From an uncultured Chloroflexia bacterium (lineage in GTDB: Bacteria; Chloroflexota; Limnocylindria; QHBO01), in the NCBI GenBank assembly GCA_963825525.1, contig CAWGTN010000002.1, positions 768,001 to 832,000 of the forward strand: 64,000 nucleotides of DNA. Direction: 5' to 3'. Position 1 is the first letter of the stretch; every line of letters starts with the position of its first letter. Made by a program: the position numbers and the translations under genes. Shown here piece by piece: positions 1 to 17,961 of this stretch. Below the pieces are notes generated by a model that made no database searches, was not told the origin of the DNA, and saw only the letters and a list, made by a program, of their open reading frames with translations.

Positions 1-45
1 ATGGCCACCCGCTGCCCGATGTGCACGAGCGAGCTCACCACCTAG
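1..45 (+). CDS. 3' end of a gene entering the window, probably MscL with a C-terminal Cys motif (partial)
   Basis: Frame 1 reads MATRCPMCTSELTT*. ATRCPxCTS is the tail seen in many MscL proteins with a Zn-ribbon extension. Only 14 codons are visible. Confidence 0.5.
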   Translation: MATRCPMCTSELTT

Positions 46-78
46 CTCCGCGGGCATGGCCGGCCAACCCACGCAATA

Positions 79-101
79 GGGCCGGGCATCTCGCCCGGCC
101 C
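79..101. terminator. hairpin between convergent genes
   Basis: GGGCCGGGC-atctc-GCCCGGCCC, perfect 9-bp stem just past the dnaK stop. Confidence 0.65.
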
Positions 102-124
102 CATGTGTCGCAGCGGCGCGAGGG

Positions 125-2065
<1,941 letters not shown>

Positions 2066-2072
2066 GGGTCGT

Positions 2073-2657
2073 TCAGTGCTCCTTCGGGTTGTTCGCCACT
2101 CGGACGAGACTCGGCCGGATGATCCGGTCGTGCAGGCGGTATCCGCGCTGCAGCTCGCCGATCACTTGGTTATCGGGGTAGTCGGCGGTGTCCTCGTGGA
2201 CGACCGCCTCGTGGATGTTCGGATCGAACGGCTCGCCGACCGCTTCGATCGGGGTCACACCCTCGGACTCGAGGACACCGCGCAGCTTTCGCTCGGTGAG
2301 CTGGACGCCCTCGATCCACGGATCGTGGGCTTCGGCGGGCACGTTCTCGAGTGCTCGGTCGAAGTCGTCGAGGACGCTCAGCAGCTTGCCGATGAGGATG
2401 GCATTGCTGAACTGCGTCAGCGTCGCCCGCTCCTCGTCCGTTCGTCGCTTGTAATTCGCGAAGTCGGCCGCGGATCGATGCCAGTTGTTCTGGTGCTCCG
2501 CATCGCTGCGGCGCACCTCCTCCAGCTCGCGTTCGAGCAGCTCGATGCGCTCGGCAAGCTCGAGCCGCGTGGGGGCCGCGATGGCCTCCGCGCGCTCCTC
2601 GCCGCGGGTCTTCGCGCCGCGGGCACGGTGCCCGCCGTTCGTGGGTTGATCGGTCAT
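2073..2657 (-). CDS. grpE: nucleotide exchange factor GrpE
   Basis: [34 protein letters not shown]; directly upstream of dnaK. Confidence 0.97.
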   Translation of the reverse strand: MTDQPTNGGHRARGAKTRGEERAEAIAAPTRLELAERIELLERELEEVRRSDAEHQNNWHRSAADFANYKRRTDEERATLTQFSNAILIGKLLSVLDDFDRALENVPAEAHDPWIEGVQLTERKLRGVLESEGVTPIEAVGEPFDPNIHEAVVHEDTADYPDNQVIGELQRGYRLHDRIIRPSLVRVANNPKEH

Positions 2658-3760
2658 TGGGTCTCGCCGTAGTGACTGTTGATGAGCTCGTTCATGAGAG
2701 ACGAGAGATAGCGCACGGTCGGGATGGCCCGCGGGTATCGCATGCGGGTCGGCCCCAGCACCCCGAGCAAGCCGAGTGCCCGGTCGGGCGCGCCGTACGG
2801 TGCGAACACGAGGCTGACTTCGTGCATCGCGTCGTTCGAGTTCTCGCGGCCGATGATCACGTGCACGCCGCCGGACCTCGTCAGGACCGGCACCAGCTGC
2901 TCCAGGAAATCGCTGCGCTGCAGCGCCTCGAGCACGGGCCGCAGCCGCGATCCCTCGGCGAACTCGGGCTGCTCGAGGACGTTGACGATGCCGTCGGTGA
3001 AGACATCCTCGACCACCACCGAGTCGGCCTCCTCCAGCAGCTGGATGATGTCAGTGGCGATCCGCCGGGAAAGGGCCGGAAGCTTCTCCGACCGCCGCCG
3101 GACCTGCGGAGCCGCGAGACCTGCGAGCTCGGAGTTCAGGAGCCCTGCGGCCGCATCCAGCTCAGCCTGGTCGAGCGGGCTGTCCGGCAGCTCGCGCTGG
3201 AGCGCCCCGCGGTCGAGTCGCCGCTGGGTCACGTTTCCATCGCCGAGGACCAGGACGACGAGGCGTGTTCCGTCGTCGAGGGCCACGAGCTGTACGTGCC
3301 CGAACTTCGCGCGACGCGAGCGGGCCGGGGTGACGACCGCCGCCGAGCGCGTGCTGCCGGCAAGGATCGACGCCGCAAGCCGCAGCCATTCGTTGCTCGT
3401 CAGCTGGACCTGGCTGAACTGGTGTCGAATCATGAGCCGATCGGCCTGGTCGAGCTCCGCCTCGCGCATGAGCGACTCCACGTACAGCCGATATCCGAGG
3501 TCGGACGGCACGCGGCCGGCGCTCGTGTGCGGATGGCTCAGCAACCCGAGGGACTCGAGCTCGGCCATCGCGCTGCGGACGGTCGCGGGCGAGACACCCA
3601 GCGAGTAGCGTCCGACGAGTGCCTTCGAACCCACCGGTACGGCCGTGATCACGTAGTCCTCGACGACGGCACGAAGCACGGTCCGCTGCCGGTCCGTCAG
3701 CTGGTGGGCCTGTTGGACCGGTTCGGCGCGCTGGCGCGGCGCGGGGCGCTCGATCGTCAT
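2654..3760 (-). CDS. hrcA: heat-inducible transcription repressor HrcA
   Basis: PVGSK, SPATVRSAMAELE, HTSAGRVPSDLGYR, LGVLGPTRMRY. Confidence 0.98.
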   Translation of the reverse strand: MTIERPAPRQRAEPVQQAHQLTDRQRTVLRAVVEDYVITAVPVGSKALVGRYSLGVSPATVRSAMAELESLGLLSHPHTSAGRVPSDLGYRLYVESLMREAELDQADRLMIRHQFSQVQLTSNEWLRLAASILAGSTRSAAVVTPARSRRAKFGHVQLVALDDGTRLVVLVLGDGNVTQRRLDRGALQRELPDSPLDQAELDAAAGLLNSELAGLAAPQVRRRSEKLPALSRRIATDIIQLLEEADSVVVEDVFTDGIVNVLEQPEFAEGSRLRPVLEALQRSDFLEQLVPVLTRSGGVHVIIGRENSNDAMHEVSLVFAPYGAPDRALGLLGVLGPTRMRYPRAIPTVRYLSSLMNELINSHYGETQ

Positions 3761-3779
3761 GGCGACCTCCGGAACTCGG

Positions 3780-3806
3780 TTAGCACTCTACACGTGAGAG
3801 TGCCAA
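3780..3806. promoter_or_regulatory. CIRCE element (HrcA operator)
   Basis: TTAGCACTC-tacacgtga-GAGTGCCAA, one mismatch to TTAGCACTC-N9-GAGTGCTAA, 19 nt upstream of hrcA. Confidence 0.95.
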
Positions 3807-3820
3807 ATGGTGATTGTGGC

Positions 3821-3850
3821 ATGGTACCGCCCACCCCGAGCCGGTGTCAA
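3821..3850 (-). promoter_or_regulatory. sigma70-type promoter of hrcA-grpE-dnaK
   Basis: Minus strand TTGACA (3850-3845)-N18-TACCAT (3826-3821), just upstream of CIRCE. Confidence 0.7.
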
Positions 3851-5022
3851 CGGCGGGCGGTGGCCTCGGGCATGAACGCCAGGAGCACCTCGCTGGCCAG
3901 CAGCCGTCCTCGATCGGTCAGGCGGACGCGATCGCCATCCACCTCGAGGAGGCCCGCACGGACCACCTCGTCGACGGCCGCCCGGTCACGTTCCAACGGG
4001 TCCTCGCCGAACTCCGCGATCACCTCCGATCGCCGAATTCCGTCGATGCGACGCAGGCCGAGGGCCACCGCCTCGAACGCGCGAGTCGCCGCGTCGAGCG
4101 CCTCGCGCCCGGCAACGGGACGCTCACCCACCTCGAGGCCGGCGAGGTAGGCATCGAGCTCACGCACGTTCCACGAGCGCTCGGCGGCGCCGTCGTACGA
4201 GTGCGCGCCGGCGCCGATCCCCGTGTATGGCCGCCGTGCCCAGTACGCGGCGTTATGCCGGCTCTCGTGTCCCGGCCGCGCCCACGAGCTCAGCTCGTAG
4301 TGCACGTATCCCGCGCTCCCCAGAACCTCGGCGGCGAGCATGTACTGGTCGCCGGCGAGCTCGTCGTCCTGCCGTCGTACCATCCGGTCGCGCCAGCGCA
4401 ACGCACCGGGACGCGGACGCGCGGCCCACTCGTCGGGCTGGAGCGCGAGCTGGAGCGCATAGCAGCTGACGTGGTCCGGCTCGAGATCGATCGCCCGTTC
4501 GAGCCCGTCGCGCCAGTCGTCGAGCGTCTGGCCGCCGATGCCGTAGATGAGGTCGATGCTGACGTCCTCGAACCGGGCTGATCGAGCCGCCGCGAAGGCG
4601 TCCCGCGCCTCCGCCGCCGAGTGGCCGCGGGCAAGGGAGACGAGCTCCTGGTCGCGCAGGGATTGCACTCCGAGGCTGATCCGCGTGACGCCCGCCGCGC
4701 GGTAGCCAGCCCAGTCGGGCGTTTCGCGCGAGCTGGGATTCGCCTCGATGGTCACCTCGTCGAGCGCGGTCGGCCACCGCTCGCGGGCAGCGTCGAGGAT
4801 GGCCCCGATCGTCGCCCCATCGAGCAGCGACGGCGTGCCGCCGCCGAAGTACACGGTCCGCAGCTCGCCCGCCGCCGGGCGCAGCTCGAGCTCGCGCCGC
4901 AGGGCATCGGCGTAGCGCCCGATGTCGTCCGCGCGTCCGCCGACCGTCACAAAGTCGCAGTACGCGCACACGAGCCGGCAGAACGGCACGTGGACGTAGA
5001 GATGGTGGGATGGCGACGGCAT
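3847..5022 (-). CDS. hemW: radical SAM heme chaperone HemW (HemN-like)
   Basis: LYVHVPFCRLVCAYCDF (CxxxCxxC), YFGGGTPS, HNAAYW; conserved position upstream of hrcA. Confidence 0.9.
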   Translation of the reverse strand: MPSPSHHLYVHVPFCRLVCAYCDFVTVGGRADDIGRYADALRRELELRPAAGELRTVYFGGGTPSLLDGATIGAILDAARERWPTALDEVTIEANPSSRETPDWAGYRAAGVTRISLGVQSLRDQELVSLARGHSAAEARDAFAAARSARFEDVSIDLIYGIGGQTLDDWRDGLERAIDLEPDHVSCYALQLALQPDEWAARPRPGALRWRDRMVRRQDDELAGDQYMLAAEVLGSAGYVHYELSSWARPGHESRHNAAYWARRPYTGIGAGAHSYDGAAERSWNVRELDAYLAGLEVGERPVAGREALDAATRAFEAVALGLRRIDGIRRSEVIAEFGEDPLERDRAAVDEVVRAGLLEVDGDRVRLTDRGRLLASEVLLAFMPEATARR

Positions 5023-5203
5023 GGCGCGAGTCTACGGCCACCGGACCGGATGCCCACATCCCGGATGGATGGGGCAGGCTCTGACGCTGGCCGAGGCACC
5101 GCGATCTGCACCCCGCCGCCACGCCCGCTTGTCTATCCGGGGCGACGCATGTCTGCAACAATTGTCGACAAGGCGACTGACAGTACGCCCAAGGAGGGAA
5201 TCC

Positions 5204-6182
5204 ATGGCTCGTGCACTCCTCATCGCTCTGCTGACACTCGCCGCGTGCGCCGCTCCGGCTGGCGAGAGCGTCGAAGAGAGCACCGATCCGCCCAGCCCAA
5301 CCGTCACGCCGACGACGGCCACTTCGGCGACAACGGGCGCGGTTCCTTCGTCTGCGCCACCTTCCCCGTCGCCGAGCGTGGCCGTCGAGCCGCCGACCGA
5401 CGTGTATTCCGATTGGTGCGCTGGTTCGCGCGACCGCCGACGGTCTGCGACTACGCGCCGGACCCTCCGTGACGCGGGACATCGCGGGCACAGTGAACGA
5501 GGGCGACCTCCTCTATGTCACCCAGACCGGCAGCCCCGATCTGGCACCTCGTCAGGCCGACGGGTACGAGTGGTATCCCATCGCGCACGCTCCCGGCTAC
5601 ACGAACTGGCCGATCGAACCTCCAGTTGAGGACCGCATCGTCGGGTACGTCGCCGCCCGATCCGATACCGAGCAGTTCGTCGAATTGGTGCCGGCCACCT
5701 GTCCGGCCAATCCGCCGGAGACACTTGGCGTGGCCGATCTGGTGGCGCTCACTCCGTACGAGCGAGTCGTCTGTCTTGGGAGTCAGACCCTGACGGTCGA
5801 GGGCACCTTCGGCTGCCCCTACTGTGACTCGCTGGGCCATCCCTACCGCATGGAACCCGCGTGGCTCGCAGCCTGGCAGCTGCATCTCAACATCCTGGTG
5901 CCGAGCTGGTCGACGTACCCCCCATTTCCCGGTTCGATCGTGCTGGCAACGCCGCCGGACATCCGTGCGTTCGAGCCTGCTGATCGAGGTGCGATCGTGC
6001 GCGTCACCGGTCACTTCAACGACGAGCGCGCCACCGCGTGCACCATCACGCCAGGTCCCGAGGCCGGCACGGAACCCGTGCAGGAAGAGGCGGCGCAGTG
6101 GTACTGCCGAGAGCGCTTCGTCGTGGAATCATGGGAGATCATCGGCGCCGACCCCGCGTTCGAGGGCCTCATCCCGGGGTAG
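5204..6182 (+). CDS. putative lipoprotein with Pro/Ser/Thr linker, SH3b-like domain and Cys-rich C-terminal domain (apparent frameshift near 5405)
   Basis: SD AGGAGG, MARALLIALLTLAAC lipobox. Continues in another frame as IPIGALVRATADGLRLRAGPSVTRD...EWYPI into ORF 5469..6182. Confidence 0.65.
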
Positions 6183-6228
6183 CCGCCGCTCAGAAAAACG
6201 CCTGACTCTCGATGGAGGAGTAACGCCC

Positions 6229-6930
6229 ATGCCCGTCCGCACCGTCGTCGACCGAGGCCCGAAGGGCAAACGCGCGGTGGCCTTCGGCCTCGACTGGCCT
6301 GGATGGAGCCGGGGTGCCAAGACGGCGGAGCTCGCGGTGGAGGTGCTCGAGTCCTATCGCGCGCGCTATCGGCCGATCGCCGAAATTGCGGGAATGGCGG
6401 ACGAGTTCGACGCCGCCGGACCCATCGAAATCGTGGAGGACAAGGTCGGCACGCCCTCGACCGACTTCTGGGCGATCTCCTTCGCTCCATCCACCGCCGA
6501 GCAGGACCCGATGGACCACGCCGATCTGGAACGAGGCATCACGCTCCTGCGCGCCGCTTGGGCATTCTTCGACTCCGTCCATGCGCGGGTCTCGCCGGAG
6601 TTGCGCAAGGGGCCACGCGGCGGCGGGCGCGACCGCCATGAGATCTATCGCCACGTCATCCGCAATGAGAGCGAGAGCTTCGCGAAGTCGGTCGGCCTGC
6701 GGATCGCCGAGGAGGGGGCCCTGAGCCCCGATGGGCTGCGCGAGTATCGGGACGCCTACGTCCAGGCGATGCGTGACTACAACGCCGGCAGGGTCGAGAA
6801 GAAGATGCGGTCGGGGTCACTGGCGTACCTCATCCGGCACTCCGCCTTCCATACGCTCGACCACGCCTGGGAGATGGAGGACAAGGACCTCTCGGCCCAG
6901 CGAGAGCATCGCGCCTCCATCGGCCCCTAG
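6229..6930 (+). CDS. conserved hypothetical protein, DinB/YfiT-like C-terminal helical domain
   Basis: SD GGAGGAG; AFGLDWPGWSRGAKT, KGPRGGGRD, IRHSAFHTLDHAWEMEDK. Confidence 0.7.
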   Translation: MPVRTVVDRGPKGKRAVAFGLDWPGWSRGAKTAELAVEVLESYRARYRPIAEIAGMADEFDAAGPIEIVEDKVGTPSTDFWAISFAPSTAEQDPMDHADLERGITLLRAAWAFFDSVHARVSPELRKGPRGGGRDRHEIYRHVIRNESESFAKSVGLRIAEEGALSPDGLREYRDAYVQAMRDYNAGRVEKKMRSGSLAYLIRHSAFHTLDHAWEMEDKDLSAQREHRASIGP

Positions 6931-7585
6931 ATCGGTCGCTGGCGGAGCCGCCCTCCGGCGAAGGCGAAGAGGCTCATCGTGACCGCGAAATGCCCGACGA
7001 CGGCCGGGATGACCGAGCCGGTCTCAATGGTGGCCACGCCGGCGGCCCAGCCAAGCAACACCGAACCCGCCATGAAGTACCAATCGCGCTCGTGCCAGAG
7101 GCGCCGATGCGCCAGGCCGTAGACGAGGGCCTGGAGCGCAATCGCCCAGCCCGCCGGAACGCCCGCGAACAGGAGCATGCCCAGTACGATCGAGCGGAAC
7201 TGGAGCTCCTCGCTGATGGCATTCGCCGCGGCGCCCAGCACCCGGCTCGGCACCAGCTCCATCGGCAACGGCAGGATCCCGCCGTAGCGCAGGAAGGCGA
7301 GAGCGACGCCGTTCACCAGCGCCACGAAGGTGAACAGCACCATGACGATCAGCATGTTGTTGGGGTCGCCGCCGGTCAGGAACAGCTGGGCCCGACCGGA
7401 AGGCAGGATGATGGCGATCCCGATCGCGAAGCCGACCACCAGGATGTAGTACGAGACGGGTCCCATCCAGGGCGTGCGGTAGCGGAAGTAGTCCGAGCGA
7501 ATGATTCGTTCCGAGTCGAACCGCAACAGCACCAGGAAGAGGGTCAGGCCCAGGGCGATCGCGAGCCTGAGCGATTCGAAGAAGC

Positions 7586-7589
<4 letters not shown>
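6927..7589 (-). CDS. CPBP (Abi/CAAX) family intramembrane metalloprotease
   Basis: Multiple TM segments, EELQFR, YGLAH, AVVGH; GTG start overlaps the lepA stop. Confidence 0.8.
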
Positions 7590-9400
<1,811 letters not shown>

Positions 9401-9444
9401 GGGGCGGAAGTCTAGCCGAGACGCGTCATCCTCACCCGGATCCG

Positions 9445-11331
9445 TCAGGGAGTGGCAGTCTCGGCGGGCGGTTCCGCCGGCTTCGGGGCCGGGGCCGGGC
9501 CGACCTGCGTGATGCCATTCACCGTTCGATACGAGCTGAAGTACGTGTTGCGATGGATCTCGTTGCCCTGGGCGTCGTACACGAACCGGGTGCGGCTGAC
9601 GTCGTGCCCGTTGTGCGGGTACTCGACACGCTTGCTCGTTCCGGGGGCCATGCTCGAGACGAGCTGCGTGGTCTCGATGGCCGTCCGATGGTTGCTGGTG
9701 GCGGGATCGGTGAGGACGACCGACCGACCGGTCGGGACGGTCCACAGCTGGAAGGTCACGAAGCCGTTGCCGCCGAATCCGCGGATCACGATCGGATGCT
9801 CAGTGTCGTTGCGGAAGGTCATGTCCTGGACCCAGTCGTCCGCCATGTAGACCGTGGCGTCCAGGCCATCCGGGTAACGGTCGATGTAGTAGTAGTGATT
9901 GGCCCGATCGCCCATCTCCAGTCCGGCCCGCAGGGCGGCGTTGAAGATGGTGGTCGAGGTTGAGCAGATGCCGCCGCCGATGGCACCGCCGGCCACGCTG
10001 CGGCCGCCGATGATCACGCCGCCATAGTGGTAGCCGCGCTCGACGGTCACCGGACCGATGCTGTCCCAGAAGCTGAACCACTCGCCCGGCGCCAGGTTGC
10101 GACCATCGATGTCCCAGGCGCCGATGTTGATGTTCGCGCCGAAGCCGTTCCCATCGCCCGGGACGTAGTACGTCGTCCATGATGAGACGAGCTGCATCTG
10201 CGGCAGTACGGCTTCCGCCGCGGCCGTGGTGATCGAGGGCTCCGTCACGCCCACGACGAGCCCGACCGATGCCAATGGTGCCCCCGCGCCGCGCCGCGAG
10301 AGCACGCGCTGCAGGGCGTCCTGGGTGGCCGCCACGTCAAGTCGACGGCCTTCCTGCCCGGCAACGACGCCCCCCAGACCGCCGCCCGCGGCGACCGCGA
10401 TACGTGCGTTGACGGGGTCTCGGTCAACGGTCGCCGCCAGCGCCGCGACCGCCGTGGCGACCGCAGCCTCGTCGACATCGACGGCATACGCGACCCCGCC
10501 GTAGTCAGGACCGAATGTCAGCCACGACGCGATCGTCTCGGGCGCGAGGGTCATCGGCTCGTCCCCCTCGCCGGCGCCCGGCAGGTCCAGGGTCAGGGCC
10601 GCGGTCATGGAACGTGCCGAAGCCGCAACGGCGTCGGCGGCGGCCGTCGAGACGGCGGGCTGCACGATGGTCGGTTCGAGGGACAGCCGCACATCTGCGG
10701 GATCTGAGGTGTCGACCGCCTGTGCCAGGGCCGATCCGACCGCTGCGGCGTCGAGCGACAGGCCGCTGGCGCCGGGGCTCACGGTGAAGGTTGCTCCATC
10801 GGCGACCACGAACGCGTCGACCGCCGGAACGGTGGCCCGAGCGGCGATCCCGGCCGCGATCTCGTCGAGTGCGGCCGGATCGTAGGCATGGACGACGATC
10901 GGCATGGCCGTGGCGTGAACGAGCGAGCGCAGGCGAGCCACTCCGTCGGCGAATGGGTTGCCGGCGCGGCCGACGCCGAAGGCCGAATCGGCCATGGCGT
11001 CCAGCTCGTATCGGCGGCCGAGATCGGCGAAGGAGACGGTCTCGGTTTCATCACCGACCAGGATCACGGCCGAGCCGGTCGTGAGCGATGGCAGCTCTGA
11101 CCCCAGGCGCCCGATGGCAGCGGCCCGGTCCAGCCCTGCCAGGTTGACGCCGCCGATGGTGACGCCGGAGTGGACGGTGTTCGCCGCGGCGACGCCGATG
11201 GCAATGGAGATGCCTGAGATCACCAGCATGCCAGTCGCGAGCGTCGCGAGGAAGCCGACGGCAAGCCCACGGCGGGCAGGCGGCGACGCCATGGGTCGAA
11301 TCAGTCGGCTCGGGAAGGTGGTGGTGGTCAT
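9445..11331 (-). CDS. membrane-anchored VanW-family protein with peptidoglycan-binding repeats
   Basis: N-terminal TM; [12 protein letters not shown]; C-terminal [35 protein letters not shown]. Confidence 0.85.
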   Translation of the reverse strand: MTTTTFPSRLIRPMASPPARRGLAVGFLATLATGMLVISGISIAIGVAAANTVHSGVTIGGVNLAGLDRAAAIGRLGSELPSLTTGSAVILVGDETETVSFADLGRRYELDAMADSAFGVGRAGNPFADGVARLRSLVHATAMPIVVHAYDPAALDEIAAGIAARATVPAVDAFVVADGATFTVSPGASGLSLDAAAVGSALAQAVDTSDPADVRLSLEPTIVQPAVSTAAADAVAASARSMTAALTLDLPGAGEGDEPMTLAPETIASWLTFGPDYGGVAYAVDVDEAAVATAVAALAATVDRDPVNARIAVAAGGGLGGVVAGQEGRRLDVAATQDALQRVLSRRGAGAPLASVGLVVGVTEPSITTAAAEAVLPQMQLVSSWTTYYVPGDGNGFGANINIGAWDIDGRNLAPGEWFSFWDSIGPVTVERGYHYGGVIIGGRSVAGGAIGGGICSTSTTIFNAALRAGLEMGDRANHYYYIDRYPDGLDATVYMADDWVQDMTFRNDTEHPIVIRGFGGNGFVTFQLWTVPTGRSVVLTDPATSNHRTAIETTQLVSSMAPGTSKRVEYPHNGHDVSRTRFVYDAQGNEIHRNTYFSSYRTVNGITQVGPAPAPKPAEPPAETATP

Positions 11332-11530
11332 ACGTCAGTGGGAGACGCGCTGTCGCGGAAGCTCGTTTCACGGCGCCAGGACATCCGGACATGCGCCCGG
11401 ATCTCTCCCCGTCTCATACTCCTTGCATCCGACGGTCAACCGGCGGGCAGGCCGGCGGAAGTCGGTCGTGGGATTGTCGCGGTTGAGGGCCCTCTTGTCG
11501 AGTCCCCCGATGGTCCAATCGGCAGTCCGA

Positions 11531-11539
11531 TGCTATACT
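11531..11539 (+). promoter_or_regulatory. extended -10 promoter of rpsT
   Basis: TGcTATACT about 70 nt upstream of the rpsT start. Confidence 0.55.
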
Positions 11540-11609
11540 CACCGACCCGCCGCGCTCTGTGGAGCGTGTGTTCGGTATGCATCCATTCGATTCGAGTTGA
11601 GGATTCCAC

Positions 11610-12134
11610 GTGGCAAGAACGGCACGAACCTGGAAGGGCGCACGCACGCCCTCCGCCCTGAAGCGCGTGCGCCAGTCGCTTCGCCGCCGCGCCGTGAATC
11701 GTCGAACGCTGAGTGAGACCAAGACCCTCGTCCAGCATGCCTCCGAGATCGCTCTCGGACGGGGCAGCGGGGACGGCCCGGCCGCCGTGACCGCCGCCAT
11801 CAGTGCCCTCGACAAGGCTGCCGAGAAGGGGATGATTCACCCGAACAACGCCGCCCGTCGCAAGAGCCGGCTGATGGCCAAGGTCAACGCGGCTCATCTG
11901 CTCGACGGCGCCGCGGCTGAGTCTGCGACGACCGCCAAGAAGCGCACGACGGCCAGCAAGACCGCTCAGCGCAAGAAGGTGCAGGCGGCCAAGGCATCCA
12001 AGGCAGCCGCCGGCAAGGCGACCGACCGACCGCGAACCGCAGCCGGCAAGGCAAAGGTCGCCGTCACGCGCGCCAGCCGCGAGTCGGCTGCGGCGCGCCG
12101 GCGAGCCAAGACCACGGACGAGCCCGAGGACTAG
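11610..12134 (+). CDS. rpsT: 30S ribosomal protein S20 with a long basic C-terminal extension
   Basis: SALKRVRQS..R...NR, ISALDKAAEKGMIHPNNAARRKSRL; near lepA; 174 aa. Confidence 0.92.
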   Translation: MARTARTWKGARTPSALKRVRQSLRRRAVNRRTLSETKTLVQHASEIALGRGSGDGPAAVTAAISALDKAAEKGMIHPNNAARRKSRLMAKVNAAHLLDGAAAESATTAKKRTTASKTAQRKKVQAAKASKAAAGKATDRPRTAAGKAKVAVTRASRESAAARRRAKTTDEPED

Positions 12135-12154
12135 CTCCTCTTGCCAGCCTGACC

Positions 12155-12184
12155 CGAAACCCCGGTTGCACGACCGGGGTTTCG
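12155..12184. terminator. hairpin between convergent rpsT and eno
   Basis: CGAAACCCCGGT-tgcacg-ACCGGGGTTTCG, perfect 12-bp stem. Confidence 0.75.
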
Positions 12185-12211
12185 TGCATTCCCCCTGCCG
12201 TCCGTCACGCG

Positions 12212-14721
<2,510 letters not shown>

Positions 14722-14728
14722 CGGCACC

Positions 14729-16785
<2,057 letters not shown>

Positions 16786-16818
16786 GTGGCGACCATTCTA
16801 CCGGCCGCCGGATACGAC

Positions 16819-16850
16819 GAGAGGCGCGCCGGCGATCCGGCGCGCCTCTC
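16819..16850. terminator. hairpin downstream of the small Zn-ribbon gene
   Basis: GAGAGGCGCGCCGG-cgat-CCGGCGCGCCTCTC, perfect 14-bp stem. Confidence 0.7.
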
Positions 16851-16871
16851 GTGCTCGATGCGATGGGCGGC

Positions 16872-17015
16872 TCAGCCGCCGATCTTGAACATCTTGGTGC
16901 TGCACACGGGGCACACGCCCTCAGTGGCGGGCTTGCCGTTCTTCATCGTGATCTTGTTCTCGTTCAGCATCTCGCGCTTTGCCTTGCACTTGACGCAGTA
17001 CGCCTCAGTCGCCAT
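16872..17015 (-). CDS. 47-aa Lys-rich zinc-ribbon protein (DUF5679-like)
   Basis: MATEAYCVKCKAKREM...MKNGKPATEGVCPVCSTKMFKIGG; SD GGGAGG; downstream hairpin. Confidence 0.85.
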   Translation of the reverse strand: MATEAYCVKCKAKREMLNENKITMKNGKPATEGVCPVCSTKMFKIGG

Positions 17016-17031
17016 CGGTTCAGTTGCCTCC

Positions 17032-17913
17032 CTATTCGCCGGCCTCGGGACCGGTCGATTGTTGAGGTTCCCCCGCCTGTCGGTCGAACGATGCTCCGCG
17101 GCGGGCGATGAAATCGCCACCGTCGGCGTCGACCTGCCAGAGCAGGTGGATGCCGGCAAGTCCGGCATCGATGCAGCGTGCCTCCGCGGCCTCCTTAGCC
17201 GCGCCTTCCAGGAACGTGCCATCGGTCCGTTGTGCGTAGGCCGCACAAACTGTTCCCGACCGCAGTCCCGCCAGGTGTGCCAGCACGAAGAGTGCCGACG
17301 ACTCCATTTCGAGATTCGCCACTCGTTGGCGACGAAGCTCTTCTGCGAGCTCAGGATACCGAACGGGGAGCGTGCGCATCGCCCGTCCCTGCGGAGCGTA
17401 AAAGCCAGAAGCGGTGGCTGTCAGCCCCACGTGGTACCTGATCCCCAGGTCACGGCAGCCCTGCTCGAGGGCCCAGATCACGTCACGGTGCGCGATCGCC
17501 GGGAATCCGGGGTGGACGTAGAAGTCCGTGGTGTTCTCGAGCCGGACCGCGCCGGTCGACACGATGAGGTCGCCCAAGGCGATCTCGGGCTGGAGTGCGC
17601 CGGACGACCCGACGCGAATGAGCGTCGGCCGATCCGTGATCTCCATGACCTCGGCCATGACGATCTCCACGTTGTCGGTGCCCATGCCGGTCGACATGCA
17701 GCTGATCGGCATCCCGCGGTACGTTCCGGTCGCCGTCGTGATCTCGCGGTTGCTGCGCTGGACGTCGACCGAGTCCCAGTGGGCGGCAACCTTCGCGACC
17801 CGTCCAGGGTCACCGACCAGCAGCACGTACTCCGCGAGCTCGCCACGGGCGAGGTCGATGTGATACTGGCGATCTCCGGTTGTCGGTGCGTCCGCCCGGG
17901 TCAGTTGGGACAA
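17032..17913 (-). CDS. nucleoside phosphorylase (uridine phosphorylase-like)
   Basis: QYHI, LLVGDPGRV, STGMG, IRVGSSG, NLEMESSALF; TTG start with SD GAGGAG. Confidence 0.88.
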   Translation of the reverse strand: MSQLTRADAPTTGDRQYHIDLARGELAEYVLLVGDPGRVAKVAAHWDSVDVQRSNREITTATGTYRGMPISCMSTGMGTDNVEIVMAEVMEITDRPTLIRVGSSGALQPEIALGDLIVSTGAVRLENTTDFYVHPGFPAIAHRDVIWALEQGCRDLGIRYHVGLTATASGFYAPQGRAMRTLPVRYPELAEELRRQRVANLEMESSALFVLAHLAGLRSGTVCAAYAQRTDGTFLEGAAKEAAEARCIDAGLAGIHLLWQVDADGGDFIARRGASFDRQAGEPQQSTGPEAGE

Positions 17914-17961
17914 GCGTGGCTCCTCGTGCCTGAACGGGCGGGAGTATACGCCGCCCCACGC

